NCBI GenBank assembly: GCA_964016885.1 | Contig: OZ024750.1 | Location: forward strand, 47,430,001-47,494,000 | Origin: Eledone cirrhosa | Taxonomy: Eukaryota | Length of the DNA: 64,000 nucleotides | Direction of reading: 5' to 3' | Shown: piece after piece, positions 40,246 through 53,667 of the stretch | Numbering within the stretch: the stretch's first letter is position 1 | Layout: each line of letters starts with the position of its first letter | The notes under the pieces: model-generated | Told to the model about the DNA's origin: nothing | Databases searched by the model: none | The model's input: the letters and a program-made list of their open reading frames with translations, nothing else | Program-made: the position numbers and the translations under genes

Positions 40246-40520
40246 TTAGAAAATAGAATAGCTTTCACTGTATTTTTGACTAAAGGAATTTTAGCCTGAT
40301 AATGGGGTTTAGAACCCTCAGATAAATGGAAAAAGATGAGTATTGACGTACATGGGAGTCGAAACCACATCTTTGGTTATCGCGATAGCCAAAGGTGTGG
40401 GTTAGACTCCCATGTACGTCAATAATCATCTTTTTCCATTTATCTGAGGGTTCTAAACTCCATTATCAGGCTAAAATTCCTTTAGTCAAAAATACAGTGA
40501 AAGCTATTCTATTTTCTAAT
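40246..40520. repeat. about 275 bp near-perfect palindrome (family K) abutting (TA)n
   Basis: Arms mirror around tatcgcgata (about 40382) with few mismatches. Confidence 0.9.
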
Positions 40521-40552
<32 letters not shown>

Positions 40553-40931
40553 GCGTGTGTGTGCGTGGACATGTGTCCGAGTTTGTGTGCGGATGTCTGT
40601 GCGTGTGCAGGAGTGCGAGTGCGTGTCTCTGCGCGTCTGTGCGAGTGTGTATGCGAGTGAAAGTGTACATTCTTGCATGTGTCGTTTCATATAATAAGTA
40701 TATACTTATACTTATTTGAGTCACTATACTCAGATCCCAACACTTTGGGACCAATCTGTAAATATATGTGTTTGTGTGTGTGTATAAAAGCACAAATATA
40801 TGGGAGCAACAGATAGAGAGTACCGTCGTGAGATTAATGTGAACTACAGACAAAGAAAATATCAAGCAATTATATAAACTAGCTGGACCCCTCTCTCTAT
40901 GTTATAACCCCCTCTCTCTAAATATATTAAA

Positions 40932-41019
<88 letters not shown>

Positions 41020-42372
41020 CTTTCCAAACGTAGCAACACTCTTTCATCTTCTTCGACCGTAGATTGTCGTAGATTGTTTACCACCCCACTTTCATAGTTT
41101 TACTGAAAGCGTGATACACACGGTCGGACGTACGTACGGTACGTAGGGATAAGCGTATTAATATATAAATGTGTGTTAAGTTAAAAGTCTGTATGAATTT
41201 GGAAAAAACACGTTAAGCAGTTTGTTATATAGACGACTATGATGAAACAATCTGAATAGAGAAATAACGTCTGTTGTTTTTCAAAACAAATTCCTTGCAA
41301 ATATTCGTGTGTTCAGATGCGTGATAAGTATTTTATGTTCACGTCACTAACTAAACCAACGTGACCCAAAATGACTGTTTATAAAAACATTAATCTGTGC
41401 AAACACTTTACAATAGAAGTATTATTGATGAATGGATATGATTGCTTTCTAAATATATTCCCAAACTTCGAATCGATCGATTACCTATAGCACTGAGTTT
41501 TATAATACTATAATACTTGGCACATATTATATATCGGATATAGACTTCTTTATCGTCTGTTTCTAGCTTTTTCATTGTCCTTTTATTTTCCTTATTGTAA
41601 ACAGTTCTAGACCAGCCAAACACTATGGACGAATTGTAAATAAAGTAAACTCGTTTGTTTGTTCAGTCGATTCGTTCGTCATCATCTGCTTACATTTCTT
41701 CATTATTTATTCATCGGTATGACGTTGGTTCAATCAGCTCTTTTATTTTACATTTTATTTATATTTTTATTTATTATTAGTGATATGAATACTTATTTCA
41801 GCTCATAATATTCTATTTCATTTAGTATTATATTTGTTTTCAGGTATTATTAATGAGATGAATGCTATATAATATATAGCATATAATATATCTTGGAATT
41901 ATCAGCAATATGACTTTCCTTTACTTGGCTTTTTTATATTTCAATTTTAATTATTCATTTATTCATACCTAAGTATTATTAACGAAAATAATTCGATAAC
42001 GTACTTTGAATCATGTGTTATTCCCCTCCAAGGGCATTAGTATTGTTTCTAATTATATATGACAATCAATTGTTTATCCAAATTTGGTTGATCATAAGTA
42101 ATTTCTCAATGATTTGTTTCTGTTCCACTCCCTCCACTTCTGGGAGAGAATAAGCATAATGTTTACACAATTGAAGAGATTCATGATAATCCATTATATA
42201 CACATATAAAAATACGTAAGGACATGCGAACGTACGTATACCCATACATAGCTACATGCACACAGCATGTGTAGTTGCACTGTCTTACAATGTGTTTAGT
42301 AAGCTGAATCAGTTCAGGCTATGAGGATCTCTCTAAACGCGCGCCAATATTCAATATATAATTAAATAAACA

Positions 42373-42517
<145 letters not shown>

Positions 42518-43023
42518 TTGATTGCTTGGGAGATGTTACGTGCCTTGAAATAATACTTACACCCAAATTATGTACTATGTTGAGAAACAGCCTTACATTT
42601 CTCATACATACTCACACACACACACGCACACACACACACACACACACATACACACATGCATACATACATATACATATATATATGTTTATTTATTTAATAA
42701 CGCTTCGCTGCTGTGTACAATTTCATTTTTGCTTAATGTTCGTAGGTAATACTATGCGAGAAATTACTGAGGTTATGTGATTAAACGATTGTCAAAACGT
42801 TGGTAACTAAACAACAACCTAGATAAGTATAGAGATTGACTTGGTTTAAAACCAAATATCGAAGACACTCGCTTGAAGCGAAATCCTATTTCTTTTTATT
42901 ATAAGTTGAGCCAACTGATGCAGCTTCATATGCAAATGAGATTAATCACCTCATTTATACAGACGAGAAAAGCATATATTATCGCCTGTCTTCTAGTCCA
43001 GCAGTCCCAAGCGGTGGGAGGGA

Positions 43024-43065
43024 CCGTCCTGACGAAGGCCAGTTAAGCCTGAAATGTATAGACGG
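43024..43065 (+). ncRNA. compact type I hammerhead (family L)
   Basis: CCGUC CUGACGA AGGC-caguuaa-GCCU GAAA UGUA UA GACGG. Stems I and II are perfect. Predicted cut after 43060. Confidence 0.85.
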
Positions 43066-43994
43066 CTGTCCCCCTTGCTTCTGCTGGACATCATCAGAGG
43101 GTGTTAGCCTCCCGGTGTTTGCGTAGCTACGGCTTCCTAACACCGTATTTCTTTGAGATACGCAATATTTATACATATTGTATAAAGCTATGCTGGAAGC
43201 AAAATCCTATTTCTCCATATGTATCTATATATACAAGTAATTTATTTTACGCTCGCAACTATGAAGTTTCGGCAACTAGCTCTCCTATGTATGTGTATCT
43301 GTTACGGGTAAGAGTTTGCCAGTGTATTTTAACGATGAGTAAACCTCAGTCTCATGAAGTACAAACAAATTTAAGTGCCTTGCCCCAGGACAAACCCACG
43401 ATCCAGTCCAGGAATCGATACCATAATCTAACAACTAGTTTATTCACATTCACAACCCTTGTAAGTAGACATAAACACAGACAGACGCCAGATAGATAAA
43501 ACGACAGAAACAATCAGATAGGCAGATAGATTGTTATCATTTAATGAATGTAAAGATAATCTTCATCCGAAGAAAATAAAGTTAATGCAGAAATGATAAC
43601 TGATATGAAAAACAGCCAACACAATTGACACGAGATATCAATTAATTGGAATATATGTTAAGATTTCTAACTAATAAAATGTGGACATTTTAATATTACA
43701 TGTTTCTACAAATAATTTGATTGGAGCAGATTTTGAATTGTTTTTGTGACTTATTGCCATGATTAATACTATCGATCTCTTTACGTACTCAGCAGAGCAG
43801 ATGAGCTGAAACTTGGGCGTTAAATAGTGTGAAATGTCTTCATCGTTCTACAGGAATAACTCAAATACTATTTACAAACACGTATTAGAAATATGATCTC
43901 AGATACAGGTAGTATCTCCTATGTGAAATCGAGTTTCATTTCGTGTTCGTTATATTGTCCTTATTTTCATCAAATCTAGTTGAGAGTATAATAT

Positions 43995-44075
43995 ATAACT
44001 ATTTCTATTTTTGGCACAAGGCCAGCAATTAACCAGTACATTACTGGTACTTTATTTTATCGACCCCATAAGGAT
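43995..44075 (-). mobile_element. Nin-like SINE 3' fragment
   Basis: Partial copy of the same SINE family. Confidence 0.75.
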
Positions 44076-44660
44076 AATGTCAACAATGGTGCAGCGTGTG
44101 TTCGTCAATTCAGGTATTATAAAGCCTCACATTCCATAACAGCTATTCCCATTTTATTTTAAATGTAATCATAAGTAAAATGATATTTTCAGCAAGGTTG
44201 CATTTAATAAGATATCATTTGTCATTTGAAAGAGCTATACTAATTTAAGCTCCTCAAATGTTTAGTAAACATGAATAACTCGACAATGTATCAACATATT
44301 TCCTGCTTCAGTAAAATGATCCAGATTAATTTGTAAATGTCGTAATAACGTATTATAGCTTTTCTGATATCCTCTAGAGATGAAGAACCATAAGTATAAA
44401 ACCTACTTTTACATAATCAGCTAAGTTGGAAACACAAGCTTTTATATCTAAAATGACTGAAACATTGTCACCGATGTAGTCAAGCACCCACACACACACC
44501 AACACATACATAGATACACACATTCATACATACACATACACAAACACATACTCACACGCGCTTACACACACACATGCACACACACAGACACACATTGTCA
44601 CAAACACACGCACACATAGACACACACGCACACACACACACACATGTATATATATATATG

Positions 44661-45153
44661 TAAGTAGTAACACAACAGTTAGTTTACCATACTTAGAACA
44701 ATTGTTTCATCTGAATGTCCGCATAAAGTGAAACAATTGTTCTCGTTATGGTGAACTAACTGTTGGGTTACTAATTCTACCAAACTCGTTCCATGGACTG
44801 AGTGCTCTACTAATACGGATATTACCTTCCTCCCCACCTTCTCCCTCTTTCTTCTACTGCAGGTTCAGCTACCCTCCCTTCCACAAATTGCCATGATAGA
44901 ATGATGTGTCTCAACAATAAACTTTTGACCAATCATTGTGACAATCACTTTTACCCTATATGAAATTACCACCTGAGAAGCTCGGCTATTCATGTACCAG
45001 GATAAAAATGTTCATTTAGTCCAGAATTAGCCGTCGAAACGGCTTGAGCTCAGCCGTCGGGTTCCTACTCGTTCCTATTACCCACTCTACTACGCTAAGT
45101 ATTGAGTACGTTGGTGCGTTATGGTCCATCTGGTTCCTTACCACATTTCCATC

Positions 45154-45158
<5 letters not shown>
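44661..45158 (+). mobile_element. composite of family M fold-back and family A terminus
   Basis: 44661-44830 matches 50812-50915 (inverted) and has its own inverted repeat. About 44830-45158 matches the family A end, including the hammerhead region 44968-45063. Confidence 0.8.
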
Positions 45159-45209
<51 letters not shown>

Positions 45210-45211
45210 TT

Positions 45212-46096
45212 ATTGGGTTTACCCACCCCTTCTCTCTAACTGCCAGTACTAATGTAGGAAGGAAATTCCTTGATCTCTTAGACAGACACTTTCCTCGTAA
45301 TCATAGATATTATATGATATTTAATGGAAATGAAGTTAAAATCAGTTACTATTGCTGCCCTTCAATGAAGTCTATTATCACTAATTCTAATCGTACGAGA
45401 ATAAATCCAGGATGCAGTTACAGGAAGTCGATGAATGCCCATTACAGGGCAAATGTAACACCAAATACGTTGTATATGAGGCCAAAGTGACACCTTTAAT
45501 TAACAACCAGCCAGCCAGGAGTGAACGATATGTTGGCATGACTCAGGACAGGTTTAAAACCAGGTTTTATGCATATGTCGCTTCTGTTAAACACTCCGAT
45601 AAAAGAACAGCAACGGCTCTCGCAAATAAGGTGTGGGAATTCAAGGATAAAAACATCCCGTATCTATAGTTTGGTCTATGTTAGACCATTCGAGGCAGTA
45701 CCAAAGAGGTACAGAGAATTGTTCTTTGTGTACCACTGAAAAATTTAGGATTTTACAAAGTTTGAAAGCCACCTCAACTTGCCTGAACTCCAAGACCGAG
45801 ATCTTCAAATGTTGTCCTCACCTGAAATCACTTCTGATCCGTAACTGGATTGACATTCCTACGATGACTCAACCACCTTGAACTTCTCTGCTCACTACGC
45901 CTTCCATCCACTACGATTTTTTTACCTTCTGAACTCACTTTCTGTACTCTTATATTATTTTTCTCCCTTATCACCCCTTATATTTCAAACTTTTCCTATG
46001 TATATATTTTCCTTATTCCCCCCTACATTCTACCTTACCCTTTAAATATCCAGCTTTTTATTTTTAGATATTTATATGTGTGTGTGTGTGTGTTGC

Positions 46097-46131
<35 letters not shown>

Positions 46132-46430
46132 TATGTATATGTATGTGTATATATAATTATTATATATATATCTGTATTTATATGTATGTGTGTATATAAT
46201 TGTATTTTATATGATTCTGTTGTATTTGTGTGTGTGTGTATATATATATGTGTGTGTGTGTTTTTATATTTGTATGTGTGTACTTTTATTAAGGTGGTGA
46301 CGTAACGTTTTGTAGATATGTGTGAGTGTGTGTATATGTGTATTTTTATATACTTGTTTATGTGTGTATATATATAATAGCCTCAGACACGGCTTGAGCT
46401 CTGCTCTGCCGTCGGGGTCATACTTTTTAC
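45212..46430 (+). mobile_element. 5'-truncated, decayed PLE (linker, GIY-YIG and 3' UTR)
   Basis: FTHPFSL..TNVGRKFLDLLDRHFP, CPLQGKC, VVY..YVG..FKTRF, CSLCTTEK. A pyrimidine-rich UTR follows, and a family A hammerhead half lies at 46378-46420 (may be a separate insertion). Confidence 0.85.
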
Positions 46431-46436
46431 TATATG

Positions 46437-46477
<41 letters not shown>

Positions 46478-46526
46478 ATGTATGTATATGTGTGTATTTG
46501 TATGGTTGTGTGTGTGTATATATATT

Positions 46527-46568
<42 letters not shown>

Positions 46569-47094
46569 TATATATATATTTAAGAGTTAAACAAGGTTCA
46601 CTGAATACATGTAAGAATGAGTTTTACACACATACATGTGTGTGTATCTATTTATGTGTATGTGTATATGTATGTATATATATGTGTGTATATATATATG
46701 CGTGTGTGTGTGTATATATGTGTATGTATGTGTATATCTGTATGTATGTGTGTGTGTGTATTTATTTTTATGTATGTATGTGCATGTGCAATTGTGTGTA
46801 TTGCTTACCACGTGTGTTTGTTCATTTATTTGTTACCTGTATCGCTGTCAACATTATAATAATTTTTACATTTATTTTTTATTCTTATGTGACCGTATTT
46901 TTATTATTATATGTTTTCTTACAATTAATTGTGTGTGCGTATGTAAGTGTGTGTACATACATCTGTATTTGTGTATGCATATGTATGCGTGTATATATGT
47001 ATGTGTGTGTGTGTATGTACGTGTGGATATATGTATATTATGTGTATGTATGCTTATATTTATATATATATATATAAATGCATATATATATATG

Positions 47095-47151
<57 letters not shown>

Positions 47152-47262
47152 GTGTGTGTGTGTTTGTGTATTTGTGTGTATGTTTATGTATGGATATGTT
47201 GATATGTATGTGTGTATGTATATCTATGTATGTGTATTTGTACGTGTATGTATATGTGTATG

Positions 47263-47329
<67 letters not shown>

Positions 47330-47400
47330 GTATGTAGATATATGTGTATGTATGTATATATGTGTGTGTATGTAATTGTGTGTGTGTGTGTACATGTGTG
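46075..47400. repeat. compound (TG)n/(TA)n low-complexity tract
   Basis: Direct reading. Confidence 0.9.
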
Positions 47401-47502
47401 TTTATTTTTCATTTCCTTCTTCCTTTTGCAGCCTCACTTTCATATAGATTATATTTTTGTATTTTTAAGATCCAATGTCAATAGATACACCACCATTTTT
47501 AC

Positions 47503-47555
47503 ATTCTGATGATTGAAAGCAACATTTGTTTGCTTTCAAGAAACCACTGGTAAAT
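47503..47555 (+). ncRNA. type I hammerhead (family E)
   Basis: AUU CUGAUGA UUGAAAGCAA-cauuugu-UUGCUUUCAA GAAA CCA c UGG UA AAU. Stem II is 10 bp. Confidence 0.8.
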
Positions 47556-47584
47556 AAAATAATTGCCTTATGTTGATTATTATA

Positions 47585-47615
<31 letters not shown>

Positions 47616-47702
47616 GCAAAAGTTCTATTTAAATTGTTGGGATACAACAAGCAAATATTTTTATAACTGATATAAAGCACACGACAAGTATTTGTAGTAG
47701 AT

Positions 47703-48026
47703 ATACGATATTAACAAATGGAAACTGTATTTATAAAACCATATTTATTTCATTATACATATTTCAAGGATACCAAGTTAAATTATGGTATGCCTTCATC
47801 AGACAAAATACAATATATAGCAGTTTTATAAATAAACATTGACTATCCTGATGTCTTCCAAAAGTAACGGTTGTATTTTGAAAGGGTACGTCAATGTTTA
47901 TTTATAAAACTGGTATATATTGTATTTTGTCCGATGAAGGCATACCATAATTTTACTTGGTGTCCTTGAAATATGTATAATGAAATAAAAATGGTTTTAT
48001 AAATATAGTTTCCATTTGTTAATATC

Positions 48027-48030
<4 letters not shown>
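47703..48030. mobile_element. family H fold-back element with two divergent hammerheads
   Basis: Inverted-repeat arms at about 47703-47844 and 47891-48030. Motifs at 47746-47810 (-, CUGAUGA intact) and 47923-47987 (+, CCGAUGA). Confidence 0.85.
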
Positions 48031-48096
<66 letters not shown>

Positions 48097-48510
48097 CATC
48101 TCTCTCAAATAGAGGGACGTACTTAAATTAGATCTAGGTGGGTCTACATGTTGAGAGTTTTATTCAATTTTGCGATGAAAGGAAGAGCCTAATTTTTTAA
48201 TTAACCTCAAAGTGTCTGAGAATTCTCCAGACGACTATATCATTAACAAATCTCATTCTCAGCTTAAATTAGTTTAGGAGTGTGTGTCATAAGGCAAGCA
48301 CTATTATTAGCATGTTAACTTCACGAGACAGGTTTCCAAACAGTTACCGTTTTTTCACGCCCATGTCTCGGGGCGACACGAAGTTTGTGTAAATAGTAAA
48401 GGAGACTTTGTCAATATGCCATATAATGGGATCGAACTCACGATACGTAACTAATAGCCTACCCATTTGGCGATGCTTATATACATTCACACACAAACAC
48501 ATACAGACAG

Positions 48511-48546
<36 letters not shown>

Positions 48547-48590
48547 TGTGCCCCACACACACACACACACGTACACCCCCCCCCCCCCCC

Positions 48591-48653
<63 letters not shown>

Positions 48654-49699
48654 TCAAAACACATATTCTCGAATGGAAAGAAATATTTATTTCCCTTACA
48701 GTACAAACAGGTCAAATGACAACACACCTTTTTCAAATTCTCATATTTCAATTCTGAAAATAACTCACTTAACACTTGCCAACTGAAAACTCGATTGGGT
48801 AAAAGCCAAGAGCTTTTCGAAAAATCTAATAACAATTTGTCCGTCTGGTACTAATGCGATCAAGCTGTGAAATGTCCAGTTTTGTGTGTGCTAGCTGGAA
48901 AAGTTATATCACATCAATAATAATTCTCTTCCAAGATATTTCTAAATAACATTTTTAAGTACTAAAGCAAGCTATTCCGCGTCATATTTAAAAAAGGGCT
49001 TAACGATAAATGTGCGCAAATGAATTGCTGGCGTCATGTATAAGCTTGGAAACTAGACATATGTAGTAAGTCATTTCTCATTGCAAAATGACTTGGATAT
49101 TAGGAGATATTACAACGGCGTCATTATAATTTCTCTTTCTGGTTCAAATAGAAATGGTGATAAATAATATTTCAAGTTTAAATCATTGAGATTATCTATA
49201 TAATCTATATACGTTATTGTAATTACAAATTGAACGATGTTGGGAATGGTATATGTTTATTGTGCTTTACTGCCAGAATTTGTAGCGAAACGAGCAATAT
49301 CATGGTGGAAAAATAGAACAGCATAGAGATTGCTTACAGTACTGTATAAGTTCCAGAAACGATAGAGTGCCAGAAAAAATAAGGAAATGAGTAGACGAAT
49401 ATAAGAGATGGATTTATTGTAGTGAATATAGCAGAATCACTAGAAAGACAGGGGGAAATTCAAAATTATTTCTTAGAAACACATTGAACTATAGATTTCA
49501 AAGAAATGAGATTAGATGTAGCAAAACATGTAGGATGGGGTATACATGAGGGCTTAACATAGTAAAATATGCTGAGGTTCGTGTGACAGTATTGGCTGAG
49601 CAACTGTCGGGAGAGAAAATAAATTCTTCCCGTGCAAGACACGTAAAACAAGACACGTAAAACAACAGTTAAACTATCATTTATTTGAAGGTATCATCA

Positions 49700-50432
49700 A
49701 AAAGTGGCTGGGAACTAGACAAGACATATATAAGATGTTTGGGAACGTGGCGGGAAATGTAAAACATAATGGCTAGGAATGAGGTTGGATATGTATAACA
49801 TAATGGCTGGGAACGAGGCGGGATATGTATAACAGAATGGCTGGGAACGTGGAGGGATATGTATAAAATAATGGCTGCGAAAGTGGCTGGATATGTATAA
49901 AATAATTGTTTCTAGTTTAGGCACAAGGGCAGCAATTACCCAGTACATTACTGGTACTTTATTTTATCGACCCCGTAAGGATGAAAGGCAAAGTTAACCT
50001 CGGCGGGATTTGAACTCATATCATAAAGGGACGTAACTATATGCTGCAAAGCATGGTGTCCGACTCTCTACCGATACTGCCAATCCACCGGATATGTATA
50101 AAATAATGACTTGGAAAAGTGGCCAGATGGGTATAATATAATGGCTGGGAACAAGGCAGAATATGTATAACATAAAGGCTTGGAATGCGGGAGTATATGT
50201 ATAACATAATGGCTGGGAACGAGGCAGGGTATGGATAATATAATGGGTTGGATCGAGGGAGTATATGTATGACAGAATAGCTGGGAACGAGGCAGAATAT
50301 GTATAACGTAATGGCTGCGAACGAGGGAGTTTATATATGACACAATAGCTGGGAACGAGGCAGAATATGTATAACGTAATGGCTGCGAACGAGGGAGTTT
50401 ATATATGGCACAATAGCTGGGAACGAGGCAGT
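49700..50432. repeat. 34-bp minisatellite interrupted by a SINE
   Basis: Unit approximately atggctgggaacgaggcgggatatgtataacata, about 15 degenerate copies. Confidence 0.9.
49907..50089 (-). mobile_element. Nin-like SINE with 18-bp flanking duplication
   Basis: ggatatgtataaaataat at 49889-49906 and 50090-50107. Confidence 0.9.
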
Positions 50433-50801
50433 AAATGGATGACAACGCACATCATCGTAATAGACAAGGCTGAATCGCCCTAGTACAATTAACAATATGG
50501 CAGTAAACATACCCCATCGGTCTAGGAAACGGACAAGTGGTATATTTATAAATATCTTATACTATATAGTGTCCTGTGATGAGTTCTGATGTCAAGGCAT
50601 TACAACGATCATTTAAATACATTATCAACAAATATATAGCCGCTGCATCCAATTGATTACTACTAAAGGTGTGACATACATTTAATAACTTCCGCTGAAA
50701 TAACATTTGTGTATTATGGATTTATACCTTGGAAAAGGAATACATAACAGTGCTGAACTTCATAATCAGGACATGCATATTTATATATATATATATATAT
50801 A

Positions 50802-51805
50802 GTGGTAGAACATGGAAGGTAATATCCGTAGTGGTAGAGCACTCAGTCAATGGGACGTGTTAAGTAGAAGTGGTTACACTACAGTTAGTTCACCATACCG
50901 AGAACAATTGTTTCAACTTAGCGGATCCTCAGCTCGTAATGCACATTGTTATATGGAACATGAAGGACAACCGTACGAACGCGCATGCGCAGAAACGATC
51001 ACTTCACACAGGCAATACTAAATTGCGTGCGAGTGGTGTAAGGGAGATGACTGCGAAAGTCAGAAAGTGTCTAGTTGATAAGAATATCAGGATTTTGTTG
51101 TAATTCAATCCGGAGCTTTGTAGTTTTGTAAGAGGTGTTTGCAGACTTGTGGACAACGTGTGAATAATTAATTTCTCATGTTTAGGCAATCACTATTGCG
51201 TTATCTCTTTAGAATATTTATTCGTTCGTCAATACATAGTTCACACGACTGATTGCCCCTTGCGTATGGCTTGGAATTAGTGGTGGCTTTCCATTAAATG
51301 GAGTAGTCTATACTTGAGTCATTGAGGGACCATACATGGCTTGCGAGTTTCGTGGATGAACGTCTGTCCGGGTACCTTAAGGTCGACAGGCGGTTCAGGA
51401 AGCGTTCCTTATATCGGCCCTCCGCCATGCCCACATAGGGTTTGACCTCCTGTGGTTGATTTGGGCAGTTGGAAGTGACCACAACTTCATAAATTACAGC
51501 GGGTGTGTAGCATTGATGTTGAAGGGTACAAGCTTCGGGCTTACGGCAAGCGCACCCTGTTGGGGTGTTTTTCTTATGGCTGTTGGTGATGTGGGCCTTC
51601 ATGTTCTTGGCGCAGGAGTATCCTAGTTTTACTTTGTGTCGGTTAACGATGGAGCGGTATTTATGAGCTATGGGAAAGTGTCTATCTAAGAGGGTTAGAC
51701 ATGTTTTGACTACATTGCTTTTAACGTTGAGTGAGAAGGAAGGAAACAACCTGATATTTTGTCTATTGTTAAGCTTCCTTTTCTTATAGCTGTTGCTGTT
51801 AGTGG
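50802..51805 (-). mobile_element. 5'-truncated decayed PLE with family M terminus
   Basis: FPSFSLNVKSNV..LLDRHFP, CACRKPEACTLQHQC, VIY..YVG..YKERF. A short 3' UTR contains the hammerhead at 50899-50936. Confidence 0.85.
50899..50936 (-). ncRNA. minimal type I hammerhead (family M)
   Basis: CGAG CUGAGGA uccgcuaaguu GAAA CAAUUG UU CUCG. Stem III is the palindrome ACAAUUGU. Stem II is weak. Confidence 0.65.
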
Positions 51806-51945
51806 GAGTCCAGAATTAGCCGTCCAAACGGCTTCAGCTCTGCCGTCGCGGCCATACATTTTCCTATTACCCCCTGTACTACGGTAAGTATTGAGTACTC
51901 TGGTGCGTTATGGTCCTTCGGCTTCCTTACCACACCCCTTCGTTA
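51806..51945 (+). mobile_element. family A terminus fused inverted to the PLE 5' break
   Basis: agtccagaattagccgtc...accacacccttcgtta followed by (TA)n. Confidence 0.85.
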
Positions 51946-51960
51946 TATATATATATATAT

Positions 51961-52134
51961 ATGAAAACATACATGACTTCAACGGATGAGCTCCGGCCGT
52001 TTCAACATCTATATTTAGCCGTTGATACGGCCGGAGCTCAGCCGTCCGGCTGTTCATATTACCCACTCTACTACCCCAAGTATCGAGTACTCTGGTTAGT
52101 AATGGTCTAAATGTTTTTTATTGCCTCTAATCTG

Positions 52135-52135
<1 letters not shown>
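51961..52135. mobile_element. diverged family A fold-back fragment
   Basis: gagctccggccgtttcaac pairs with gttgatacggccggagctc, followed by tattacccactctactacc. Confidence 0.75.
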
Positions 52136-52229
<94 letters not shown>

Positions 52230-53667
52230 CTGTGTGTATGTGGGTGTGTGTGTAAGTGGCATCTAACTGTGGTGTGGGAAACTTTATTTTCATTAGATGG
52301 TATCCTTATGTGTAATTAGTTACAATTATTAGACTAAAAATAATTACTAATATTTACGTTGCGGAGTACAATTACACTCTCAATAATACTTGGCGTCTGG
52401 TAAACGTTTTAGCAAGAAATGCAATATCCATTATATTTCAGCCGACTGAAATATATGTCTCATGTTTCTAAAATCCAAAATGTTTCAGTATTTCTTATAT
52501 TCACTTACCAAAATATATTAGACTCGCTACCTATTCTTCAAGGACAAACGATTAACCGCTTTATTAATTGAGGAAAATTGGAGTTGTCACTGGTGTATTT
52601 GTAGAAACAATGCTGTAACATAATACCAACCTACGGTGTTTTTACTTTTGTGGCATCACTTTTCTACTTAAGAGAATTATCAAAGTTAGTTTCTTGAATA
52701 ATCTTTCCAGACAATCTTCTAACGAAGATTGTAAAAGGTTTTGTTTTGCAAGTATAAATGGAAGCGTGGTTTAGAAGTAGCCATTGAAATAACAGAGAAT
52801 TCGTTTTTGGATAATTTACGCTGATGGAATGATGGCAAACCATGTCCAAATGGCTATGTGTTCCACTTTCTATAATATAGTCCAGGAATGATGCACAGTA
52901 TATCGGGAAAGTGTTAATACAAGGTTTTTGGACATACAATTTGTTTTGAAACCATTCATTATCGAATTTCTCGTGAAATTACCACCCTATGCCCTTCGAT
53001 AATGGTTATCCTAATAGAATTATATGGAGAGATAGTATTATTAGGAAGAAGGGACGAAGTTGTTCTTATACTGTAAAGTAGCCCCTAATTTATTAAATGT
53101 GTGCAATCTGAGGAATATACTCAAGAGCTTGATAATACTTTTCAACTGAGGGATATATTACATTCATTTCTCATGAATAGGAGATACTCTCCCTACAGGT
53201 GACTACGTTCTTTAGTTTGCAAAATATTTCAATACATCCTTGCTTCATTTCTATTTGTCTCTTCTCAATCATATTTTTCCTTATGGCTAAATAATCTAAA
53301 AATGAAAACAAACAAAACATAAAACGTTATATATAATGTATTTCGAGATTATAAATTTGGTCCTGTCTAATATCTTGAGATATGTGGTATTTTTGAAAGA
53401 TTGTAATGGAAATAATTGTAATATGTCAAGATATAACGAGATATGTCTGCAAACAAACATATAGCCTCTGTATATTTTCTGAATGTCTGGTATAAATAAT
53501 ATACTATAGCAAGAACTACCAATACTGCCATTGCTACTACCACTACTAATGTAACTGCAACTAGTGTTAATAACAATCATGCTATTTTCCATTAATTTTT
53601 ATATTATATATAAAATAATCAATAAATCATCAACATTATTATTACTATTATTACTATTATTTTTCAT

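Noticed and set aside
49700-50432. CRISPR-like periodicity
   Set aside because: The units are contiguous and degenerate with no unique spacers, there are no cas genes, and the context is eukaryotic.
52664-52975. About 100-codon non-repetitive minus-strand frame
   Set aside because: No recognisable domain and no convincing splice sites.
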